From the NCBI GenBank assembly GCA_023957335.1, contig JAMLHC010000002.1, positions 179,441 through 243,440 on the forward strand: DNA of 64,000 bases, in the 5' to 3' direction. Numbering within the stretch: the stretch's first letter is position 1; every line of letters begins with the position of its first letter. Below are positions 7,013-13,975 of this stretch, piece after piece. Below the pieces are notes generated by a model that saw nothing but the letters and a program-made list of their open reading frames with translations, searched no databases and was not told the origin of the DNA. The translations under genes were made by a program, and so were the position numbers. The DNA comes from Bacteroidota bacterium. GTDB taxonomy: Bacteria; Bacteroidota; Bacteroidia; NS11-12g; UBA955.

Positions 7013-8036
7013 TAGTAGTATGATGGGGTATTCTAATGAGGAATTTGCTTACTCCTATGACTTTAATGGTAAAGAGACAGACGATGAAACAGGATTGCAG
7101 GATTATGGAATGCGTATTTATAATAAAGCTTATGGTAAGTTTTTGAGCGTTGACCCTTTGACATCATCGTATCCTTGGTACACACCTTATCAGTTTGCAG
7201 GAAATAAACCGATTAGATATATTGATTTGGATGGTTTAGAGGAATATGATGTTATAATTTGGCTGGGAGCTGACGGAGTATATAGAACAAGAATGCACTT
7301 AATTAATGAAGAAGGGCCTTTGAAAGTAAATTATTATGCAAGAAAATTAGCACACACAGAACCAATGGACGGTCTTCCTGGGAAACCACCTTGTCCTGAT
7401 TGCGCACCGCAAAAGAAGCAATCTACAGATGAACTTATAGTCTCAAAAACTGTAGGTGAAAATGGTGTCACTGAGAATAATATTTGGGCGACTGATAAAA
7501 TGAAAAATCATACAGAAGGGGCTAATAGCGCAGCTAATCAATCTATTAACAATGGAGTAGTATTTTCAGACCCGGGTTTTAATGGAACAATAGTTACATC
7601 AATTCAAGTTAGACGCACTCTAAATACAATAGAAACACCAATTATTAAAAGATCTACTTGGGAAGAAAAAGGAGGTGGTACCTTTAGAAATGCAACAGAT
7701 AGTGAGATTAATAGTTTCTTTAATAATAATACACTTATGGATAAAGCTTTGAAAAAGGTTAATACTTACAAGAATCCCACAGTATATGTTGCAACAGAAG
7801 AACACTTGGTCGCACTTAAAAAACGAAATGATGAACTCGGATTAAATATCAAAATTGAAGTAAATCCTGCAAAGTTAACCCCGTCATTTACTAATGTAAC
7901 AAGTTATTATTTTGCTTTCGAATATGAAGAGGGAACTACAACTAGTACTACCACCACCACTACAACTACCACCACCACGGCTACAGTAACAGAAGAAGGA
8001 GTAACAAATAACACACCAACAACTAGAACAAGATGA
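6966..8036 (+). CDS. orphan Rhs C-terminal toxin cassette, class A (A1): short Rhs core tail plus unknown toxin domain with a poly-Thr tail
   Basis: The ORF opens MRNYHQNTASFYNPFGSSMMGYSNEEFAYSYDFNGKETDDE..YGMRIYNKAYGKFLSVDPLTSSYPWYTPYQFAGNKPIRYIDLDGLEE. This parallels residues of the resident Rhs core tail. About 260 aa with no motif I recognise follow, ending in TTTSTTTTTTTTTTTAT. Confidence 0.75.
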   Translation: MRNYHQNTASFYNPFGSSMMGYSNEEFAYSYDFNGKETDDETGLQDYGMRIYNKAYGKFLSVDPLTSSYPWYTPYQFAGNKPIRYIDLDGLEEYDVIIWLGADGVYRTRMHLINEEGPLKVNYYARKLAHTEPMDGLPGKPPCPDCAPQKKQSTDELIVSKTVGENGVTENNIWATDKMKNHTEGANSAANQSINNGVVFSDPGFNGTIVTSIQVRRTLNTIETPIIKRSTWEEKGGGTFRNATDSEINSFFNNNTLMDKALKKVNTYKNPTVYVATEEHLVALKKRNDELGLNIKIEVNPAKLTPSFTNVTSYYFAFEYEEGTTTSTTTTTTTTTTTATVTEEGVTNNTPTTRTR

Positions 8037-8713
8037 AAATGAAACTTATTATATTGTTTGGACTTGCGATTTGCAATTTAAACTGTCAAGGTTCTTTAGT
8101 ACAATCTATTTCAAAAGATACTAATAAAGAAGATAAATTAATATTTTACCATGCTGATTGGGCTGAGTTTGTCTTAATAATTGTGAAAAAATCACCTGTT
8201 TTAGACACTGAAATTCCTTTATCATGCAGAAATGGCAAAAGCAATAAAAGGCTCATAAATGAAGACAAAGGAGATACTACTTTTTTTTATGTATCTGAAC
8301 ATAAATTATCCTTTAAAGAAAGGGATATTCTTTTTAAAGATAGCTTGATTCAATTTAAGGGATATAGATTTGTTGATTTAAAAGAAATTGACACAGGTAT
8401 TATATCAGATAAACACAGGATGAGTGTTACCTGTTTTGAATGTATATTAGACACAATCTATGACTCTACATTTAAACTCAATTTTCAAGGCAACCACTAT
8501 GAAACTTATTTTTTAGAAAATATAGAATGTATATTTAAATCAAATGAAAGGTTTTTTATGTCAAGTTATCCAATTCAAAATTATTATCAAATACCTCTTT
8601 CAATTGGTTACTTACTTAATGTTGGATTATTCACAGGTTTGGTTTCTGTATCTGATGAAGAAGGGTTTTTTATAGATTGGAGCGAGTTGTCATGGAATTT
8701 GGTAGTGTTGTAG
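8033..8713 (+). CDS. putative immunity lipoprotein for A1 (imm2)
   Basis: ATGA start/stop overlap with A1. The signal peptide has a Cys (MKMKLIILFGLAICNLNCQG). Function is assigned by position only. Confidence 0.55.
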   Translation: MKMKLIILFGLAICNLNCQGSLVQSISKDTNKEDKLIFYHADWAEFVLIIVKKSPVLDTEIPLSCRNGKSNKRLINEDKGDTTFFYVSEHKLSFKERDILFKDSLIQFKGYRFVDLKEIDTGIISDKHRMSVTCFECILDTIYDSTFKLNFQGNHYETYFLENIECIFKSNERFFMSSYPIQNYYQIPLSIGYLLNVGLFTGLVSVSDEEGFFIDWSELSWNLVVL

Positions 8714-8728
8714 AGTTGTTGATTTTAC
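8701..8728 (+). repeat. G/T-rich cassette-junction motif, type 1 (GGTAGTGTTGTAGAGTTGTTGATTTTAC)
   Basis: 26 of 28 nt match 6767-6794. It contains the imm2 stop codon (TAG 8711-8713). It ends 5 nt before the stop of the first minus-strand gene. Confidence 0.8.
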
Positions 8729-8733
8729 CTTAC

Positions 8734-9291
8734 TCACCATTTATGAAAATAAGAATCAATTTGTTTTTTTGTTTTTATTATTCTCATCCCATTTATTCCT
8801 CCATAAAAACGAATATTTGGAATGCTGTCTAACTTTCCTCTTTTAAAATAATAGTAATCATTTGGAACAGTATCTTTATATTTACTTTCTATCCGCATTT
8901 TAGAATTTACTGAATCCTTGCTCATTTCAAATACATTGTCGTTATATATAAGACAAACATAAATCCATTCAGATGCAGTTTGATGAGTTTGAATAAAACA
9001 AAAAGTATCATTATTCTTTAATAAAACAGTATCTAAATCGGAAGTTTCTAAAGCATGATTTAAGACTTTGCTAAACTTACTAATTTCGTTTTTTTCTTGT
9101 TTTCTATTACTAAAAAAGTATCTTAGTCCTTTCCTTTTGGGTGAGATAGAACGAATATGCTTTTTGAAAATATTAATTGAAACATCTAATATGTCCCCTT
9201 CTTTTTTTTTCTCATTAATTTGTGAAGATGTAAGAGAAAAAAAACTTAAAGTCAATATTGTAATTAAGTAAAAAAAAAGTTTTTTAATCAT
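8734..9291 (-). CDS. putative immunity protein for B1 (imm3), secreted
   Basis: The longest ORF runs to 9345. The ATG at 9291 gives a typical signal peptide (MIKKLFFYLITILTLSFFSLTSSQ) and overlaps the B1 stop by only 8 nt. Confidence 0.5.
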   Translation of the reverse strand: MIKKLFFYLITILTLSFFSLTSSQINEKKKEGDILDVSINIFKKHIRSISPKRKGLRYFFSNRKQEKNEISKFSKVLNHALETSDLDTVLLKNNDTFCFIQTHQTASEWIYVCLIYNDNVFEMSKDSVNSKMRIESKYKDTVPNDYYYFKRGKLDSIPNIRFYGGINGMRIIKTKKQIDSYFHKW

Positions 9292-10357
9292 ATTTAAAAG
9301 GTGATTGAGAATGATAATTAACCCAAATAAATTCTTGAAATTCACTACCCATAGGAGAGTAATCTAGTAATCCATTATATCCAGGATTAACAATTTGAAT
9401 TAATGTGGTTGTATGTACATCAAAAGTAGAATAGCTACCTGTTGAAGTTTTTTGAACTAATTGACCTTTATAATTTCCTAGCTTATCTTTATCTAAACTA
9501 TAATGGGTTCTTAATGGGTAACCATGCTCCAGTCTAATTTGATTTTCAACATGAACTGCAAATACTTCTGAATATGGTATGGTCTCACTATTATATCCTT
9601 CTGTGGAATACCATATTTTATCTGGGTTAAGTCCGAAAACATTTTGTGATTTATTGTAATGATAATCCCAAGCATGCCCGAGTTCATGTCCTAGTACTAA
9701 AAAAGGATCCATTGGTGTATTTACAAAATCATCTCCTTTTGCTACAGGTACATTAACTACCACATTAGGATTCCACCCGACTGTTTTAGCATCTACATTA
9801 TAGTAATTTCTTCTTCCATTTTTACTCTGTCTCGTTATTAGTAATGAACTTTCCATTGAGTGTAAATCATCAATCATCATTTTACCTATTGGGCCAGTAT
9901 ATAACCTATTTAATGCCTGTACAGTTTCGCAAATTACATTATCATTTCCATCATAATCTATTCCTGGGGTATATATGTATGTTCCTGTCTTACTACTTGC
10001 ATCAGGAATTTTTATTGTATCACCCGCCACATCGCTAAACCAAATTGGATTATTCGCAAAGGCAGCATAAACAGAAATACTTGGATTAGGTTTTGGGTCA
10101 ACATTCCACCTCCTACCCAACCTAGCATCATACTGCCAATACTCCGCACTATAAGAATTTCCTTTCCCATAAATCTCATCATCTTTCTCTTGGGTATTCA
10201 TACCGTACGAGTAAGCAAATTCAGAGTTAGAATACCCCATCATACTCATACCGAACGGGTAATACATTACAGCCTCCCCCAACCCCTCCAAAGGAGGGGA
10301 GTATTTCCCCCTTTTGGGGGGATTAAGGGGGGCAGTTATTTGACCGCTTTTTTGCAT
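9284..10357 (-). CDS. orphan Rhs-tip toxin cassette, class B (B1): HExxH zinc-metallopeptidase-like toxin
   Basis: Rhs homology begins at VMYYPFGMSMMGYSNSEFAYSYG (in-frame ATG at 10267). The class-B core terminus is YDARLGRRWNVDPKPNPSISVYAAFANNPIWFSDVAGDT. The toxin part has LVLGHELGHAWDY (HELGH, 9674-9688). The first ~30 codons of the listed ORF run through a GC-rich hairpin element and are probably not coding. Confidence 0.7.
   Translation of the reverse strand: MQKSGQITAPLNPPKRGKYSPPLEGLGEAVMYYPFGMSMMGYSNSEFAYSYGMNTQEKDDEIYGKGNSYSAEYWQYDARLGRRWNVDPKPNPSISVYAAFANNPIWFSDVAGDTIKIPDASSKTGTYIYTPGIDYDGNDNVICETVQALNRLYTGPIGKMMIDDLHSMESSLLITRQSKNGRRNYYNVDAKTVGWNPNVVVNVPVAKGDDFVNTPMDPFLVLGHELGHAWDYHYNKSQNVFGLNPDKIWYSTEGYNSETIPYSEVFAVHVENQIRLEHGYPLRTHYSLDKDKLGNYKGQLVQKTSTGSYSTFDVHTTTLIQIVNPGYNGLLDYSPMGSEFQEFIWVNYHSQSPFKYD
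10273..10333. repeat. GC-rich nested-hairpin element (REP/MITE-like) immediately 5' of cassette B1
   Basis: Hairpin 1 is CCCCTCC-AAA-GGAGGGG (10283-10299). Hairpin 2 is CCCCC-TTTT-GGGGG (10307-10320). They are flanked by CCCCC (10276-10280) and GGGGG (10327-10331). The surrounding DNA is AT-rich. Confidence 0.6.
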
Positions 10358-10483
10358 GGTGTTTTCAATGTCAAAAGTAGGGATTTTTTGCCTTGCTTAT
10401 CATAGTAATCTCTTAATCACAAAAAATCACAGTTTAGACACTTCCACAAAACCCCCAATCTGATACATTACCTACATTACCCA

Positions 10484-10975
10484 TTACCATATTTTATGTA
10501 CATTCCTCCAATACAATATCATTGAATCATTATTATTGAATTTAAAGTATGCATTTTTATTACTTACATGTATGTTATACCACACATTTTTCTCGAATCC
10601 AAAACTCAAAGTGTCAGTAATAATATGCTTTCGTGTATCCGTCCACTTGTAATTAGAATTAGTCTTGAAGAAATGTATATATTTTTTCGCTTTATGATTT
10701 TCAGATTTCAGACTAGCAAAACACAATTTTACTATATCATATTTAGCAGGAACTCCTTGAAAACAAAAAGAATCAACACTAAGTTCACAAACTGTAACCC
10801 CTTCTAATTTGCAGTTGCTTTTAATATATTCTCTTGTTATTTCAAATGAGCAACTTTTTGCAAAATAGCCCATGTAAATAAGATAGCATGAACTAAGAGA
10901 GCAACACAAGAAAATTAAAATTATCTTATCTGGTCGCACTATCCTTAGCAACTTTAAGTATTTTTTGTTCTGCAT
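10484..10975 (-). CDS. putative immunity lipoprotein for A2 (imm4)
   Basis: The ORF is open to 11014. Plausible starts are the ATG at 10975 (MQNKKYLKLL..) or the GTG at 10939 (V-RPDKIILIFLCCSLSSC, lipobox-like). It overlaps the end of A2. Confidence 0.5.
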   Translation of the reverse strand: MQNKKYLKLLRIVRPDKIILIFLCCSLSSCYLIYMGYFAKSCSFEITREYIKSNCKLEGVTVCELSVDSFCFQGVPAKYDIVKLCFASLKSENHKAKKYIHFFKTNSNYKWTDTRKHIITDTLSFGFEKNVWYNIHVSNKNAYFKFNNNDSMILYWRNVHKIW

Positions 10976-11969
10976 TTCGTTTAAATTCATATCCTTTTCC
11001 TTTATAACTATCAATTGTTACTCTTGGGTCTAGCATATCCTTAGGATTGTTCTTATCTAATCCTAGTTTTTCCATTTCACTGATTTTCCATTCTTTGTAT
11101 CTTACTAACATGCCGAAAAACATGCTTGCAGTATACGCAGAATTAACAGCTTCGTCACTTGCAGGTCTTCCTGTTATATTATCAATTCCTCTTTTATGTC
11201 TTTGTTCTGTAACTCTATTATAGTAAGCATCCCAGCCTTCTATTGCTGCTTTATCACCCGGTAAAGTCCTTACATCTTCTAACCAACAAAAAGTTCCAAG
11301 GTCTTCTTGGTCGCGGTCGTGTGTGTATGCGATAGCATCAACTTCATCAATTGGGTTTATAGACCAGTCATAGCTGTTATAGGCTTGTACATCTTTATGA
11401 GGTCCAAAAATTGTTTTTGCCCCCTCGCCTTGAAAGAACCCATGTCTTCCTATAGCACTTATACTAAGTCCTCCTCCTTGAGCTATCTCCATTTCCTCAA
11501 CTTCATCATATATTTCACCATTTGCATTTTCAAATTGATAGATATATTTTACTCCCCTACCTTCGGGTCCAAAACTTTCCGAATACTTTTCATAATTAAA
11601 TCCTTCGATATCTCTGTAATCACACACGTCTATTATTACTGGAGCATTCCCATCAATTATTTTCACAGTATATGTAATATATTCTGCACCTTCCAAGTCG
11701 ATTCCGTCAATAGGTCTATTTCCTGCATATTGATAAGGTGTCCACCAAGGGAACTTGCCAGCTTTAGGGTCACGTGACTTGAATCTAATAATTCTAGGGT
11801 CATAATCCCTATATTCAAAAGCATAAGAATTTCCATCTCCTGCTATTTCGCTATCCATATATTGTCCACCGAACCCATAAGCATAGCTAAACTCCGCGTT
11901 GCTGTAAGCTTGCAGGGTGCTTCCGAACGGGTTGTAAAAACTGGTAGTATTTTGGCGTTGTTTTCTCAT
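10926..11969 (-). CDS. orphan Rhs C-terminal toxin cassette, class A (A2): Rhs core tail plus unknown toxin domain
   Basis: The ORF opens MRKQRQNTTSFYNPFGSTLQAYSNAEFSYAYGFGG..YRDYDPRIIRFKSRDPKAGKFPWWTPYQYAGNRPIDGIDLEGAE. About 250 aa follow, containing NPIDEVDAIAYTHDRDQ. Confidence 0.75.
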   Translation of the reverse strand: MRKQRQNTTSFYNPFGSTLQAYSNAEFSYAYGFGGQYMDSEIAGDGNSYAFEYRDYDPRIIRFKSRDPKAGKFPWWTPYQYAGNRPIDGIDLEGAEYITYTVKIIDGNAPVIIDVCDYRDIEGFNYEKYSESFGPEGRGVKYIYQFENANGEIYDEVEEMEIAQGGGLSISAIGRHGFFQGEGAKTIFGPHKDVQAYNSYDWSINPIDEVDAIAYTHDRDQEDLGTFCWLEDVRTLPGDKAAIEGWDAYYNRVTEQRHKRGIDNITGRPASDEAVNSAYTASMFFGMLVRYKEWKISEMEKLGLDKNNPKDMLDPRVTIDSYKGKGYEFKRNAEQKILKVAKDSATR

Positions 11970-11988
11970 GTTTTGTAAGGCGAAGATA
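11923..11988 (-). repeat. conserved class-A orphan leader plus first codons; inverted partner of 6947-7012
   Basis: 55 of 66 positions are identical to 6947-7012 after reverse complementing. It includes TATCTTCG, the ATG, and the block TTTTTACAACCCGTT. Confidence 0.75.
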
Positions 11989-12098
11989 TGGATTTATTTA
12001 GAAAGGCTCAATACAAGTTATTTCGGATGTTTTTTCTAAGAAAATGAGGGAGGTCGCAGGGGTTGTTATTCAAACCCTGATTTTTTGACACCAAGCAC

Positions 12099-12124
12099 AA
12101 AAAAAGCCCCGAACTGGCAGGGCT
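12099..12124 (-). terminator. Rho-independent terminator after imm5 (minus strand)
   Basis: On the minus strand the stem is AGCCC / GGGCT with a 10-nt loop, followed by a run of six T. On the plus strand it is followed by TAAAAA, so it is strand-specific. Confidence 0.55.
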
Positions 12125-12154
12125 TAAAAATATATTGATGTGTAATCTTTCCTA

Positions 12155-12174
12155 AAATCTACAACACTACCTTG
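12155..12174 (-). repeat. G/T-rich cassette-junction motif, type 2; right arm of the perfect 20-bp inverted repeat
   Basis: AAATCTACAACACTACCTTG is the exact reverse complement of 6802-6821. It spans the imm5 stop codon (12167-12169). Confidence 0.85.
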
Positions 12175-12997
12175 AAATTATCTGACATGCTTTGAATTCT
12201 ACAACATCAATTAAATGATAGTTAATATCCTTATTGTCAATGCCATAGTATTTTTTCTTATCATCGAAATATGAACTATCATAATTTATAAATTTCAGAA
12301 CATAAATACTGTCTTTAAAATAAATCAATATGGTGTTATTTTTAACGACTTCTGCTTTTAAGTATGATACCCATTGAGCATAATTTTTTGTATATACTAC
12401 ATCGTGATAGTTTTCTTCAATTACGTACTCACATGTAGCATTAAGATATTCATCTAAATAATATTCAAGAGTTGAAATTGAATCAATTAACTTTATTTCA
12501 CTGTAATTACGCATAACTTCGTTATGTCCTCGCATATATGAAAATAAGATGTCCTTTGATAACTTAATACTTTCGTTTGTAGGCAAATTCAGGTAATTTA
12601 TAATTTTCTCAATTTCTCTTGTTGCAAAAGAAAAACGAATGTTTTCAGAGCCACCAAATAAAGTAATATCAAAGTCGTTTTTGTAATACAATTCAGATAT
12701 ATCAGAGTCGAAATACAACATATTTGCTGAAAATATTGAAATATAATTCCAATTACTGTCCAATGCAATAAACAGGTTCGCAAAATAGCTATGACGAACA
12801 GTATCTGACATTTCAATAATTTTTAATTTGTCGTTGAACATGATAAGTGTGTCTGTCGGTGTAAATCTACTGACATACAAGCTGCAATAATCAGGTACTA
12901 CAATTTTTGATTCTTCTGAGACATGTTTAACCTTTTCGACACATGAAACCATGTTGAAACCAAGCACATAAATCAGTACGCAAATTTGAGTTTTCAT
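12167..12997 (-). CDS. putative immunity lipoprotein for B2 (imm5)
   Basis: It starts 12 nt after the B2 stop. The signal peptide has a Cys (MKTQICVLIYVLGFNMVSC). Function is assigned by position only. Confidence 0.55.
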   Translation of the reverse strand: MKTQICVLIYVLGFNMVSCVEKVKHVSEESKIVVPDYCSLYVSRFTPTDTLIMFNDKLKIIEMSDTVRHSYFANLFIALDSNWNYISIFSANMLYFDSDISELYYKNDFDITLFGGSENIRFSFATREIEKIINYLNLPTNESIKLSKDILFSYMRGHNEVMRNYSEIKLIDSISTLEYYLDEYLNATCEYVIEENYHDVVYTKNYAQWVSYLKAEVVKNNTILIYFKDSIYVLKFINYDSSYFDDKKKYYGIDNKDINYHLIDVVEFKACQIISR

Positions 12998-13009
12998 GAA
13001 GTTAAATTA

Positions 13010-13975
13010 TCAGTTCTGGTGCTTATAAATATTGATTGGTTCTGTTTTATACCTAAGTAAGTAAGCACTAAAATAATATTGATGAAAACCAATAAATAAA
13101 TACTTGTCCTTAATGTCCTTATATTTTGGGTCTTTACTTTTTCGCAAATCTGCATAAGACTTTGGCAATCCCTTTTCATAAGAACTTAAAAACCTTTCAG
13201 AACCTGATAACATTAAATTTTGTCCAACTTTAGACTCAACGGTATGGTCATCTCTATTTATTAACAGGCATTTATTATCAAGACCCCAATTGAACTTAAT
13301 TGCTTTTAGATAGCCATGCCCCGTTTCATGAACTATCGAATTAGACATGACAAGCGTTGAATTGTTTTTCATTGCTTCTGTAAATTCACTATAATAAATA
13401 ACACTTCTATTACTGAAATTCACGCCCCTCACTCCATGAGAATAAAAACTTTCAAAAGAAATATAGTGGTCTGTTTCGTTGAGTTTGATTTGGTCAAATG
13501 TCAAAGTTGTTTCTTCTACTACAACATTAAGATTATTATCCCTGTACATCAGCTCTAAATCCTTAAATAGTCGGTTTTTATAAGCATCAAAATTTTTATT
13601 CATCTGCTCTTCTGTCCAACCTTTATCTTTGTTTGCTTCCGAATATCCCTTTTTCAGTTCTATAGTATTTACAAAAACAGTTGTATCCCCCGCCACATCA
13701 GTAAACCAAATCGGATTATTCCCAAAACAAGCATAAACACTAACACTTGGATTTGGTTTTGGGTCGTTGTTCCAACGCCTTCCCAGTCTGCTGTCATACA
13801 TCCAGTATTCCGCACTGTATGCACCTTCAAAGATTTCATCATCTTTGAGTTGTCCGTTTTGTCCGAAGGAATATGAGAACTCCGCGTTGCTATAACTCAT
13901 CATAGAGCTTCCGAACGGATAATAAAGAAATCCGCTTTGAGCCTTAGGTAGATATGATGTTAGAGGATGCATCAA
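13010..13975 (-). CDS. orphan Rhs-tip toxin cassette, class B (B2): HExxH zinc-metallopeptidase-like toxin
   Basis: The Rhs homology reads GFLYYPFGSSMMSYSNAEFSYSFGQNG..YDSRLGRRWNNDPKPNPSVSVYACFGNNPIWFTDVAGDT. The toxin part has SIVHETGHGYL (HETGH, 13316-13330). The listed start is a TTG inside the 3' end of the integrase gene, so a genuine independent start is doubtful. Confidence 0.7.
   Translation of the reverse strand: MMHPLTSYLPKAQSGFLYYPFGSSMMSYSNAEFSYSFGQNGQLKDDEIFEGAYSAEYWMYDSRLGRRWNNDPKPNPSVSVYACFGNNPIWFTDVAGDTTVFVNTIELKKGYSEANKDKGWTEEQMNKNFDAYKNRLFKDLELMYRDNNLNVVVEETTLTFDQIKLNETDHYISFESFYSHGVRGVNFSNRSVIYYSEFTEAMKNNSTLVMSNSIVHETGHGYLKAIKFNWGLDNKCLLINRDDHTVESKVGQNLMLSGSERFLSSYEKGLPKSYADLRKSKDPKYKDIKDKYLFIGFHQYYFSAYLLRYKTEPINIYKHQN

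Noticed and set aside
10455-10490. Degenerate G/T-rich repeat after imm4 (reverse complement GGGTAATGTAGGTAATGTATCAGATT) as a fifth copy of the junction motif
   Set aside because: Only about 16 of 25 positions align with GGTAGTGTTGTAGATGTGTTGATT. That is too weak to call without statistics. It is mentioned only as a possible decayed copy.
6760-12180. CRISPR-like array formed by the repeated G/T-rich motif
   Set aside because: There are only four full copies, with irregular spacing (38 nt, about 1.9 kb, about 3.4 kb) and mixed orientation. No cas genes are present.
13947-13966. GGTAGATATGATGTTAGAGG at the integrase stop / B2 start as another junction motif copy
   Set aside because: It shares only GGTAG and scattered G/T positions, and it is in the opposite orientation to what the cassette logic would predict. 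It is likely coincidental.
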